Shown here: in pieces, positions 27,535-40,300 of the stretch
Numbering within the stretch: position 1 is the first letter of the stretch
How the letters are laid out: every line of letters begins with the position of its first letter
NCBI GenBank assembly: GCA_951406725.2
Contig: OX597827.1
Location: 23,808,001 to 23,872,000, forward strand
Source of the DNA: Octopus vulgaris
Lineage: Eukaryota
Direction: 5' to 3'
DNA: 64,000 nucleotides
Position numbers and translations under genes: made by a program
Notes under the pieces: model-generated
What the model was told of the DNA's origin: nothing
The model's input: the letters and a program-made list of their open reading frames with translations, nothing else
The model's database searches: none

Positions 27535-30500
27535 TACTTGCTGTTATCTTTCCTCCTTATATAAGCAACATAATTAGCGAAAAGAGTTGGTTGGTCTAAA
27601 ATTGTAACTGCTGGAGTAAGAACAAGTTGGAAACTTTAAGGGGTTTTAGAGGGCATGGAGTGAGATAGGGGTCTTGAACACAGCAATCTTGAGGAGAATG
27701 GAAAGAAATGGAGTAAGCATGGTCTGTTGGATGTGCCTTGTAAATGTGTACAAACGACATAATACTACGAAGCAGAAGAGAAATCCAATATGGTGTGCAA
27801 GAAAGAAGACCGTAATGGAATGGATGGATGATGCTTGTGAATGAGGACAGCCACATGATCCTTTGGAATTCAGGTTACTTTGCCAAATGTAGCGTTTATT
27901 TATTCACTTCATTTGGAATCAATCATGCATTATCTCACAGCTTTGAGATCTCAATGATATAATTACTAGCACTATGACCCAGCAACGCACATACACGCAA
28001 GCACTGTCCAAATCTCTGACCAATCACATACAGCTAGCTGGCATTCAATTGGTGTATCAAGTTTCGGGCATTTTGATTGGGTTTTGGATAGAAAATTCAC
28101 AAAAAAGTCGCTTCTATTGATTTTTTAATGGCTTTGCGGGGTGACTGGAGAAATGTAAAGATGTGTACGACCACCCTTAGATGGTTTTGAATGACCATAG
28201 AAAATGCGGGCCCTCTAACTGAAAAATTGTGGATTTGTATAAAGGATACACACACACAGACAGACATTTTGCCGTTTATATATATAGAGATGTGGGTAAC
28301 GTTGTAGATTTCAGAGTAGGTGTGAGAGGCTGGATCTGGCCAGTTTGAACATAAAATGTGTAGAATATTTGGGCTGGATATGACCGGTTTAAATGCTAAA
28401 GAGATAAAGAAATGCCGGTTGTTTAATGTGGATTAAGCTTGTTGAAGAGAGAGAGCTAGGAAGAGAATGGGGCAAAGTGGGGAAAGCTAACCTTAGGACT
28501 CTGAGGGGACGACACAAGACTGGGATGACTGACTGTACATGGTTCACAAGAAGACCCTTTCCCTACTGTTGCCCCACTCAGCTGAAAGGAGCTTTAGTCA
28601 TGCAAGCTGCATGACAGCTTCACTAGTGCTGGCATCACAGAAAAAGCACCCAGTACATGCTGTAAAGTGGTTGGTCTTAAGAAGGAGCATCCAACCATAG
28701 AAACTACAATGCAGTAAACATCGGAGCAATTTTGGGGGCACACTGGTTGCTATCCAACCATCTAACCCATGCTGGCATGGGAGATGGATGTTAATAGATG
28801 TTGGTCCAACACTCATGCACACACACTCACACACACACACACTCAAAACACAAATATTTGTTACCAGTTGATGATTCACTCTGGGTAGCAACAACAAATC
28901 ACCAACTTCTTTTCTACTCTAAGCACAAGGCCCGAAATTTTGTGAGGAGGGGGCCAGTCGATTAGATCAACCCCCAGTACACAACTGGTACTTAATTTAT
29001 CAACTCCGAAAGGATGAAAGGCAAAGTCGACCTCAGCAGAATTTGAATTCAGAACATAAAAACAGACGAAATACTGCTAAGCATTGCACCTGGCATGCTA
29101 ACGTTTCTGCCAGCTCCCCCTGCCTTAATAAATCATCGACTTCTAACAAATATATGGACTTTACTGAATGCATTGAGTGCTCTTTTTCTTATGTATGCAA
29201 TCAAACAGATCAATGGAGAGATAAGCACACACAGACACACACACACAAACATATTCCTGTTTTGCTTTACAGTTAAATACAGTGATACCTCACAGTACGA
29301 GTTTAATTCGTTCCATGACCAAGCTCGTTTTATGACTTACTCGTTTTACAAATCAATTTTCCTCATTGAAATTGACTAAAATATAATTAATCCGTTGCAG
29401 CCCCCCCCCCCCAACCACTAAAAATTATTTTTCTATGGGTTTTAAAACAGGAAAGGTATAGTTACAAGTGAAATGACAATTATAAAAAATAAGAGAATGC
29501 AAAAAGAAATATGTCAACGGGTTTTATTAACTCTGATGCAACCATCTGGTTCGCCAGCCCTCAGTCAAAATCGTCCAACCCATGCTAGCATGGAAAGCGG
29601 ACGTTAAACGATGATGATGATGAATTACCTTAAAGATGGGATGATTTGTGTGCTTGTACTGTGGATTTCCACTCATACTTCAAGACAAAAATTTGTATGA
29701 GTCTCAGCTCGTACAGCAGATTAGTCGTACAATGGGGCACTCATACTGTGAGGTTCAATTAAATATTTGAGATTATGGAAGGATGAAAAGAGGTGAAACT
29801 CTTGCAGAATAGGATCAGCAGTTTGTTTTATTTTTCGCATTTGTTTGTTATTTTATATTTTAACCATTTGGCATTTAAGCTGACCTTATTTGGCCCAAAT
29901 ATTCTACCTGTTTTATGTTCAAACTGGCCAAATCTTGCCTTTCAAACCTAACCTACAATGTCGCTCTGAAAATTAAAAATTACATCATCAGAATCTCAAA
30001 GCTTTGAGATAATGTATAATTAATTCAAAGAATGTGAATTAATAGGCATCACGTTTGATGGAGTAACTGAATGCTAAAGGGTTATGGGTTGGATATGTAT
30101 GCAAAGTCTGGTGTTTAGATGACATGTTGAACGTTCGTCTCCTTCAAAAGATCTGACGTCACTACTTCATTGATACTGTATTCACACACACTTATTACTC
30201 ACACACGGTTTACATACACACACACACCTACTTACATGTACAGTCATGTACACACACCAATATCAATGATGTGTGTTGGTCCAAAGTACCAACTATTATA
30301 TCTATATCTGCGTTGGTGTTGTAATACTGAACTCCCTCTTCATTTCCCTCCAATCTCTCTCTTTCTCTTCTTCCTTTCCTTTCCCTCTCCCCCCCTCTCT
30401 ATCCCTGCCTTCAGTAAATTCATCTCTGTACACACACACACACACTTCTTACTGTGGTCTGGTTGTCCAACGTAGCAGCAAAAAGTGGTACTCAGAATGT

Positions 30501-31506
30501 AACATTGCCCATTGTTGTTGACCAAAGTTCCTCCATATGACAACAACAACTGAATCGGACACACATTCAGACAGCAGCTGCCATGTTTAGCCAATTTAAT
30601 ACGTTTATACTAGAATACGTTAGTAACAAACTTGGAGAGTCGGACGTTGAAGATTATGACAGTGAAGAGGAAAATTCTAAATGTTTGGATCATCAGACAG
30701 AAAGGGTAAGAAGTTTGTCAGTTGTTTTCAATACTTTAGGGAAAATAGAAATATTTGCTTGGGAGGTTTTTAGGGATTTTTTGTGAATCAGGTCCTATCC
30801 CTTGCCTTGTGTTCTGCTATGAACAACATAGCCCCCATGACTTTTGGAAACATTCTTTCATGCTCAGAATTGCTAAAGCATGGAATAAACCACCTTCATC
30901 AGTTGTTGGCTGTCCAGACACTACATCCTTCAAAATTTCCATGCTCCCTGAAATTCACCAACAGTACACCTGCCGTGGTTCCTTACCTTTGTTTTCTAAC
31001 AACTCCTTTGCTATTATTCTGTCTACTCTCCATACACGTTTGGCAAACTTTTTCTGGTGAGTTGTAGGGCACCTGGGTTAACTTTTTCTGGTGAGTTGTA
31101 GGGCACCTGGGCACCGTATACAATAAGTTTATTGTTTTACTATATGAATGAAATGATAATGTACTTTATCCCTTAGTGGCTTGTGAAGGGATCATCTCTG
31201 TTTAATTTCATAACACACATACAGTCTCTTCATCTTCCACAATTCTTCAGCCTTCACAGTCACACCTCACGCTCCAGGCAGTCCTTCTTCTCACCAAGAG
31301 TCTTTCCTCTTTTACCTGTTTCAGTCATTTGACTGCGGCCATGCTGGGGCACACCACCTTGAAGAATTTTTAATCGAATGAATTGACTTAAGTTCTTTTA
31401 TTTTTTAAGCCTGGTACTTATTCTGTCTGTTTCTCTTTTTGCTGAACTAAGTTGCAAGGATTTATATACATGAACACCAGTTGCCAAGCAGTTATAAGGG
31501 ACAAAC

Positions 31507-31571
<65 letters not shown>

Positions 31572-32472
31572 GGGAGATAGACAGACAGACAGACAGACAG
31601 ATAGATAGATAGATAGATAGATAGAGGGATAGATAGACAGATAGATAGAATGGGCTTCTTTCAGTTTCCCTCTACTAAATCTGCTGACAAGGCTTCAGTC
31701 AGTTCCAGGTTATAGTAGAAGACATTTGCCCAAGGTGCCGTTCAGTGGGACAGATCCCAGAACTATGTAGCAAACTTCTCAAACTTCTCACCCCACAGCC
31801 ACAAGCTTCGCTGCTTTACGTCACATACACCATAACCGTCTCTCCAGTCCCCTTAGTCCCTCTGCACTCACTTCCATCACTGTTACCCCTTTACCTTAAA
31901 AATCTAGTTTCTTTCTTCTGATCTGGAGGCAACACATCGGCATCAGATGCACATCCAATTTTTTTTTAAGAAAATTTATCCGCGTCTCCCTCCCTCCCGC
32001 CCCGTCTCTATCTTCCCCGCTTGCTTTGCCTGTCTCTCACCTTCTCCTTTTCACCACGCCACCCTTTCCCTTCCCTCATATTCTACTAATCCCTATTAAG
32101 CTACCCTATTTCCTCAAGCACTGTCACACACTGTCCTCTCTCACCGTCAGCTCCATCATCATCATCGTCGTAACAAACTCTACCGCTTGCCAAATCTCGC
32201 TGTCAACCAACGTCTCCCACTTTTCTTATACAGGCATTTTACTAGACATGCACCCGTTCGTGTGTGTGTCTGTGTGCGTGCGTACGTACACACGCACACA
32301 CACAGCATTACACTAACACATTTTTATCCTAGTAGGAGCCGCTGAACTGACGCATGCACACACATACACACACATACATTCCACTCTACATACGATACAC
32401 ACATTCCATTCCGCTCTATATTGAGAGACTGGCTCATTCTCTACTCTCCATCTGTCACTCTCTCTCCCTCCT

Positions 32473-32556
<84 letters not shown>

Positions 32557-33408
32557 CCACAACATCCCGGCTGCTAACAGTTACTCTCTCTCTCTCCATC
32601 ACATCACACACACACACACACATGGTAATGTGAGCAGTCACACAATTACACTATCGTTCAACGGAATATTGAAGTCGCTGCAATCGAATGGTTTCGCTCC
32701 CTGCTTCCGTCTTGTAAGTCTTTTAAAACGTTTATTAGTACAACTGCCAAGACAGTGGAGAGGTGGTGGTAGTGGTGGTGATCACTTGACACGTGTGTTT
32801 AAGTGTTTGTGTGTGACCATGTGTGTATGCATATATACGTGTACAACTCTGTGTACACGTATATATATGTACATATGTGTGCATATGTATGTGAGTGTGT
32901 TTTCGTTTCGCAGTCCTTAGATCTCTGGTTCGTTCCCTCTCCATGCCTTCTAAGACGTCTTTGACCGTAGTCTCGGGTTAGCACAAAGCCTTGTCACAAG
33001 GAGTACTCAACCACTTTCTAGTTCAACGAGTAGGTAGTTCAGCTGATTAAACAACTGAGCGTCCGTGGATCGTTCCCAACTGGAAAGTCCATTATTATCG
33101 TGGATGCGCGTTTTCTCTTTTTTTTTTTTTTTTTTTTGGAGTTTGAAAGCTTATTTTGACCAACGAATTACCCAGTGGCAAGGTTGGGGGGGTCTTTAAA
33201 AAAAAAACACAATGGATGTCCGTTCTTCTCGTCCTTGCACATCCATTTAAATTTTAAGAAGGCCCTGCAGATTTTTATTTTCCTAGATATCAAGATTGTT
33301 TGTATTCGCATGAATTATGGAGCTGCCGTGTTTCGCCAAGGAACCAAGTTCAGTCACACCTCGATCCAGGTGGTTTGGTGCACAGCCTGTTGCTCCACAT
33401 ATTTAAAT

Positions 33409-33497
<89 letters not shown>

Positions 33498-34640
33498 TAT
33501 CGAAGTGTACAGTATTATTTATCCATTGCGACCAATCTTACTAATCGGTTTCATGGCAGGGATTCGACGCAGTGTTAGGTAACAGTCCAATTATATAACC
33601 CTGTGCTCATCAAAGGTAGCTGTTATGGAATGGAATATAACGATGGGCTTCTTTCAGTTTCTTCCAAATTCACTCACAAGCCTTTGGTTGACCTGATGCT
33701 ATAGAAGACACTTGCCCAAGGTGCCACTCAGTGGGACTGAACCCAGAACCATGTGGTTGGGAAGCAACCTTCTTACCATACATCCACGTTTATATATACA
33801 TATTTCTCAACCATATGCAGCCCAAATATTCTACTTGTTTTATGTTTAATTCGACCAGATCCAGCCTCTCACACCCACCCTACAATGTCATTCTATAAAT
33901 AAGCTTCACATTTGACAGAGAAATCTGAATGTCAAAAAATTAATACATAAACGTGTGTGTGTGTGTGTGCTTGCCTTTATACATATAATCCACCCATGGC
34001 TATTCTCGCTTTTGCCAAGACACAGTGTTCTTATGATCGTTCTATTGCCATTCTTTTCTAAGACACTAAGGTTTGATTTTGAGGGGAATTTGGCTGCTAT
34101 TTCTAGCAAGATGTGCAATGGCATGCTGACTGGTTGTTTTCCTTGTTGTTGTTAGTGTTATTAGCTCCAGCAGTACACAGACTAAAATTGTTTTGTTACT
34201 AGTGACCCAGTTTCAATCCTTGCTCAGGACATTCTCTCTTCCAAACTCGATTAATAATTATAATTAGCCTTCAAAACACTAATTATCCCCAACATGTAAG
34301 CTGTTGTTGCCGCTTGTGTGCTACAACACATGGCACCACCATCAAATCAATGTACTACAACCCCAACAACTACCACTGCTGTCACCGCATGTGTGCTACA
34401 ACCTCCACAGCTGCTATTGCCACAGTTAACACTGCTACTGTACCACACCTCAACCACTTCCCACCACCGCCGCCGCCAATGTAAGCTGCACATTTTTAAG
34501 TGGAAGCAAGCTGCACAGAAATGCAAACATGCTGTTTAGACAATTGCACTGCATCTTGCCATTACCCAATGCACTTCTGCTGCAGCTGCTATGAATGCAC
34601 CTTTGTTGGTGTTGCTGGTGTATAAATGTTGCAGCTTAAT

Positions 34641-34674
<34 letters not shown>

Positions 34675-36007
34675 TTTCTTGTCTTAGTGCGTGTTGCAAA
34701 GTTGTTGCAGATCCACTGATGGTTACAATACTACACACACACACACACCAGATTTTACAGACTTAATGAAAGCATTCTTTGTTTATTCAGATCAACCACA
34801 ACATGCTGTATGTATAAGCATGGATTCTCTTTTATCTCTTTTACTCTTTTACTTGTTTCAGTCATTTGACTGTGGCCATGCTGGAGCACCGCCTTTTAGT
34901 CGAGCAAATCGACCCCAGGACTTATTCTTTGTAAGCCTAGTACTTATTCTATCGGCCTCTTTTGCCAAACCGCTAAGTTACAGGGACGTAAACACACCAG
35001 CATCAGTTGTCAAGCGATGTTGGGAGGGACAAACACAGACACACAAACACATATATATATACATAAATACGACGGGTTTCTTTCAGTTTCCGTCTACCAA
35101 ATCCACTCATGAGGCTTTGGTTGGGCTGAGGCTATAGTAGAAGACACTTGCCCAAGATGCCACGCAGTGGGACTGAACCTGGAACCATGTGGTTCATAAG
35201 CAAGCTAGTTACCACACAGTCACTCATGCACCTATGTGTATGTGCTTACAGGTGTATGTGCATGTGGGTGTACAAATTGTGTGTGTATCGATGTGTGTAT
35301 ATATGCCCAGCTGTGTGTGTGTGTGTACTGATACGTTCCAATATGTATTTATGCACCAAAATATCTATATTATACATATAAAATAATATGTATGAATTGT
35401 TTAAGATGTATGAAGACAAAATCTTTTTTGAATGAGTCTGTGCATCGGCTATGGCTTGGAATTGAACTGTGTCTACCTAGGTTAATGTCTAAACATGTTA
35501 CCACTTACAACAGTTCTGCTTTTCTATCTCAAAGTGTTCTGTTTCACAAACATAGTGTTTAACCTTAAAACCTCCATACACCAACTGATGTGCATACATG
35601 CGTCTCCATACAAACACAACTGCACACACAACACATGCATGTGCATATATGCAACCATACAAATGGTGATGAAACTGTCACACACAACAGAAGTTGTCAG
35701 TCTTCTCTTTATTGTGTCAGATGATGAGGTGAGACACCTATCCAACCCCTGCCATTGCAAAAAGACAAAACAAATGTGCTATGAAGTTCATGATGATGTC
35801 ATCATTTAACTTCTTTACTTGCATGGATCAGGCAGAATTTGTTGAGCTGATTTTCCATGTCTGGATACCCTTCCTGTCACCAACACTAATATTTCACCTA
35901 AACAAACAACCTCACTTGTATGACAATGAGGCTCGTTTACTGCCATCGATGATGATGATGTGATGTCAAAACATGGGTACACACATACATCCAAATACAT
36001 ACATTCA

Positions 36008-36053
<46 letters not shown>

Positions 36054-36372
36054 AAGTGTGTGGCTTAGTGGTTAGGGCATTCAGCTCATGATCGTAATGT
36101 CGTGAGTTCAATTCCCAGTGACGCATTGTGTCCTTGAGCAAGACACTTTATTTCACATTGCTGCTGTCCACTCAGCTGGCAAAAATAAGTTGTACCAGTA
36201 TTTCAAAGGGCCAGCCTTGTCACACTTTGTGTCACACTGAATCTCCCTGAGAACTACGTTAAGAGTACACATGTCTGTGGAGCGCTCAGCCACTTGCACA
36301 TAAATTTCACGAGCAAGCTGTTCCATTGATCGTATCAGCTGGGACCCTTGTGGTCGTAACCGATGGAGTGCT

Positions 36373-36422
<50 letters not shown>

Positions 36423-37305
36423 TATATGTATATATATCATCTCATCATTATTTAACATTTGTTTTCCCTGCTGGCATAGGTTGGATGGTTTGGCAGGAAC
36501 TGGCATGACCAGGAGCCCTGTCAGGTTCTGTTGTCTGTTTTGTCATGGCTTGCTACAGCTGGATTCCCTTCCAAATGCCATAGAGATGTGTATGCTTATA
36601 TACATACACACACGCACATATGCATACACAAGGGCTTCTTCCAGTTTCCATCCTCCAAATCCACTAACAAGGCTTTGGTTGACCCAGGGCTATTGTAAAA
36701 GACACTTATCTGAGGTACCACACAGCAGAATTGAGCAAGAGACCATTAGAAAATTATCTTTTTGTTGTTGCTGTTACTACATGTAGTAGTAGTAGCAGCA
36801 GCAGCAGCCGTTCAAGAATTTGAACCTGGAGATCTCCATTTCCAGCGACTTCGAGGGCCACCTCCCAGTGGTGTAGTGTGACAACGGAGAGCCCTCAACT
36901 ACAACAAGACAACCAAAGTTTTTTTTTCCCCCAAGGTCTGGGGTCTCCCGCCCCTAAGCCCTAGACCATCACCTAATCACCCTTCCCTGTCTTGTTGCTT
37001 AACAACAACAACAACAACAACAGCATCAGCAGCAACAAGGGTTGGCAAATTCATTAGTGAGGTGGACAAACTGGTTTGTGACATTTACTTATATTAGTTC
37101 AAATCCCACTCAGATTGATTTCTTACTTTATATTTTTGTTTTTCTCTTTTTGCTTTTCATTTTTTACTTGTGGTGAGATCTATAGAATAAAATAATTACC
37201 TTTTAATATATTGTGGTGGAGAATGATTGATTCCATCACGTATACCACCCCTTTCCACCCATTTCTTAATCTATGGTCTGGTGTCCTTGTAACAAATCAT
37301 TGTGT

Positions 37306-37353
<48 letters not shown>

Positions 37354-40300
37354 ATATATATTTATGTTATACATTGACCAAAGTGTATCCTGTCAGAACA
37401 ATCAACATTGATTCCAAACTCTAAAAATACACAAGTGTCCAATGTAATCTTTTCTTGTCTACTCTTGGCTCAAGGCCCGAAATTGTTGGGGGAGTGGGGG
37501 TCAGTCAATTAGATCGACCTCAGTTCACAACTGGTACTTAATTTATCGATCCCGAAAGAATGAAAGGCAAAGTCGACCTCGGTGGAATTTGAACTCAGAA
37601 TGTAAAGACAAACGAAATACTGCTAAGCATTTTGCCTGGCGTGCTAATGTTTCTGCCAGCTCGCTGCCATTAAAATGTTTATTTCAAAGCTCTAAGCCTG
37701 AGAGATGTGACAGCCTGGCTTTAGTTTATCCATTACTGTTGTCCATTCAGTTGTTGCTGTTACCTGTCTGAAGTGATGTTTGACCTCACACTCAGCATTC
37801 CTGCTTAACTCAATTCTTGTTGTACTTTTGTTGATATTTGCTGCCTTTCCTTTAACCCTTCAGCATTTAAACTGGTTGCACCCAACCAAAGTATCCTACC
37901 TGCTTTGTGTTCAAACTGGCCAAATCTTGCCTCTCACACATACCTACAATGTCATTCTAAAAATAAACTACAACAACATTAAACTCTTGAAGCTATGATT
38001 TATTGCATGATTAATTGAAAACCAATGGGAATAAACAAGCATTACATTTCATAGAATTATCTGAATGGTAAATCATCATCATCATCGTTTAACATCCGCT
38101 TTCCATGCAAACATGGGTTGGACGAATGACTGAGGGCTGGCGAACCAGATGGCTGCACCAGGCTTCAATCTTGATCTGGCTGAGTTTCTACAGCTGGATG
38201 CCCTTCCTAACGCCAACCACTCCTAGAGTGTAGTGGGTGCTTTTACGTGCCAGTCAGGTGGCACTGGCAATGACCTCGCTCAACTCTTTTACACATGCCA
38301 CCGGCACAGGTGCCATTAAGGCATGGTGGTAACGATCACGCTTGAATGGTGTCTTTTACGTGCCACCAGCACAGAGGCCAGATAGCCGCTGTGGTAACGA
38401 CCCTACTAGCACGGGCTAGCATGATTAATTGAAAATCAATGGGAATAAATAAGCATTACATTTAATAGAATTATCTGAATGGTAAAGGGTTAATTAATCC
38501 AGAAAATCACGAAGAAATTAGTAAAATGACTTTTTCTGTCATTACATGAAATTTTGATGGAAGGTTTTAATTTAGGACATTTAAAAACAAAAAGTTTGTA
38601 TCCTAGAACTGGGAGCAGTCCCAAAAAGGTTAACACCAAAAGGATTTCTAATGGTTGAACTGGAGGGACACAAGACACCAGTATTGGTCTACTGGAACCA
38701 GAATGGCACAATTGTTTAGTCTTAGAAGGACATTGTAGGAGAGGTGTGAGAGGCCAGATCTAGTTGGTTTGAACATAAAACAGGCAGAATATTTTGGCCA
38801 AATAAGGCTGGTTTAGATGCCAAAGGAATCGTTTGATAATAATTATTCATAGTTAATTTCTATGTTTATTTTTGTTAATTATTGTTTCATGGTTAATTAT
38901 TTTCTCTATTCTGTTTTCAGCATCAACTGAATTGTGATGAAGAAAGTAAAAAATCAGTTGGAGTGAAGAGGTCATTATTTAGGGAGGAAAGAAGAGGAGG
39001 AGATGGTGAACCAGCCAGTATTATTTCCAGTGAGAGCGGGGAAGATGAACAATTGTTAAGGGAAGAAGTGAACAGCTTACGAAAGCAGATCATTGAACTC
39101 ACTGAACGACCTGTCATGGATTTCCCACCAAAACCCTCAGAGATTAAGACAGAGGCAGGACATCCAACAGAAACTAAGGATGGTAAAAAACTTCAAGAAT
39201 CCAAAAAGGTTGGTTTTGCATTTTGTTTTTTCGAGAATTCCCTATTCATGGAAGGGAACAGTTCTTTTAAATTTTGATATTTGCATGTTTTTGTAGTAAT
39301 TATTCGCAGTAAATGGATATCTGTCTCTTTTCCTGTTGCCTCTTGTCCTTAAGGGGTCTTTAAATTAAGTATGAGTTAAATATTTAGTTGAATGAATCCT
39401 TAAGTACTTGGCATTGAAATTTGAGGCCTTATAGCCAGGGCCATTTTAGATACTGGAGTCAATTCATTTGACTAAAAATTGTTCAAAGCAGTGCTCCAGT
39501 ATGACCGCAGTCCAATGACTGAAACAAGCAAAAAATAAAAAGTAAAGCTACTAGGGTGACCTGGGTATGCATACCTGGGTCGATTAAATTTCACTCAAAG
39601 TACTAGGTTAACTTATTTACTTAGCTATACCTCCCACCCACCCCTTCTATAAATGTGGCCTTGTAAGAAATCATCAGTGAAAGGATTCTAATTAATATTA
39701 ATCAAGGGTGGTGGGAATGGTAGACTCATTAAAACTTTGGTCAAAATGCCTAATGGAATTTCTTCCAGTTCTTTACATTAACAACCAGTTGATAAAAATG
39801 AGTCATTTGCTTAAAGTTATAACTTTCCACCCCAAGAAAATAAGATCTTTATAGAATTTTCTTGGTTTTTCTCTTAAATAACATTCACTCTCTCTACTTT
39901 CCTTAAAGAATTCGATTTTTCCCCTTGTTGTATTTATATTTTTTTACCATCTTTTCACCATCTTTCTCTGTTTTTCACTCTATCTCCAGCGGATTGAAGA
40001 ATTGGAGAAAATTGCTATTGAACTCCAAGGTAAAATAATCGGTTTGCAGCAGGACAAAGTTCAATTAGAAGAACAACTTTCACAGAAATCTTATTCCAAC
40101 TTAAAACTGGACAAGGTGAGAACTTAACCAAATATTCAATCAAGATCCTTCGCATCTCTTTCTTATAATTGTTTTTTCTTATATTTGCTAGCATTAAGGG
40201 AAAGCAAGAACATTTATTTCGTTAAAACCTAATTACAGATTAAAATGAAAACAGGGGTGGGGGTGATTAACAGATATTATTTGCAAAGATTGTGTGATGG

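Noticed and set aside
31046-31111. Two perfect CTG|GTGAGT donor consensus sites
   Set aside because: They come from a 32-bp tandem duplication in a LINE 3'UTR remnant, with no credible upstream exon.
36055-36125. tRNA-like sequences with A and B boxes (also near 690, 15550, 20455, 59835)
   Set aside because: They continue into SINE bodies and lack an intact cloverleaf, so they are SINE heads rather than tRNA genes.
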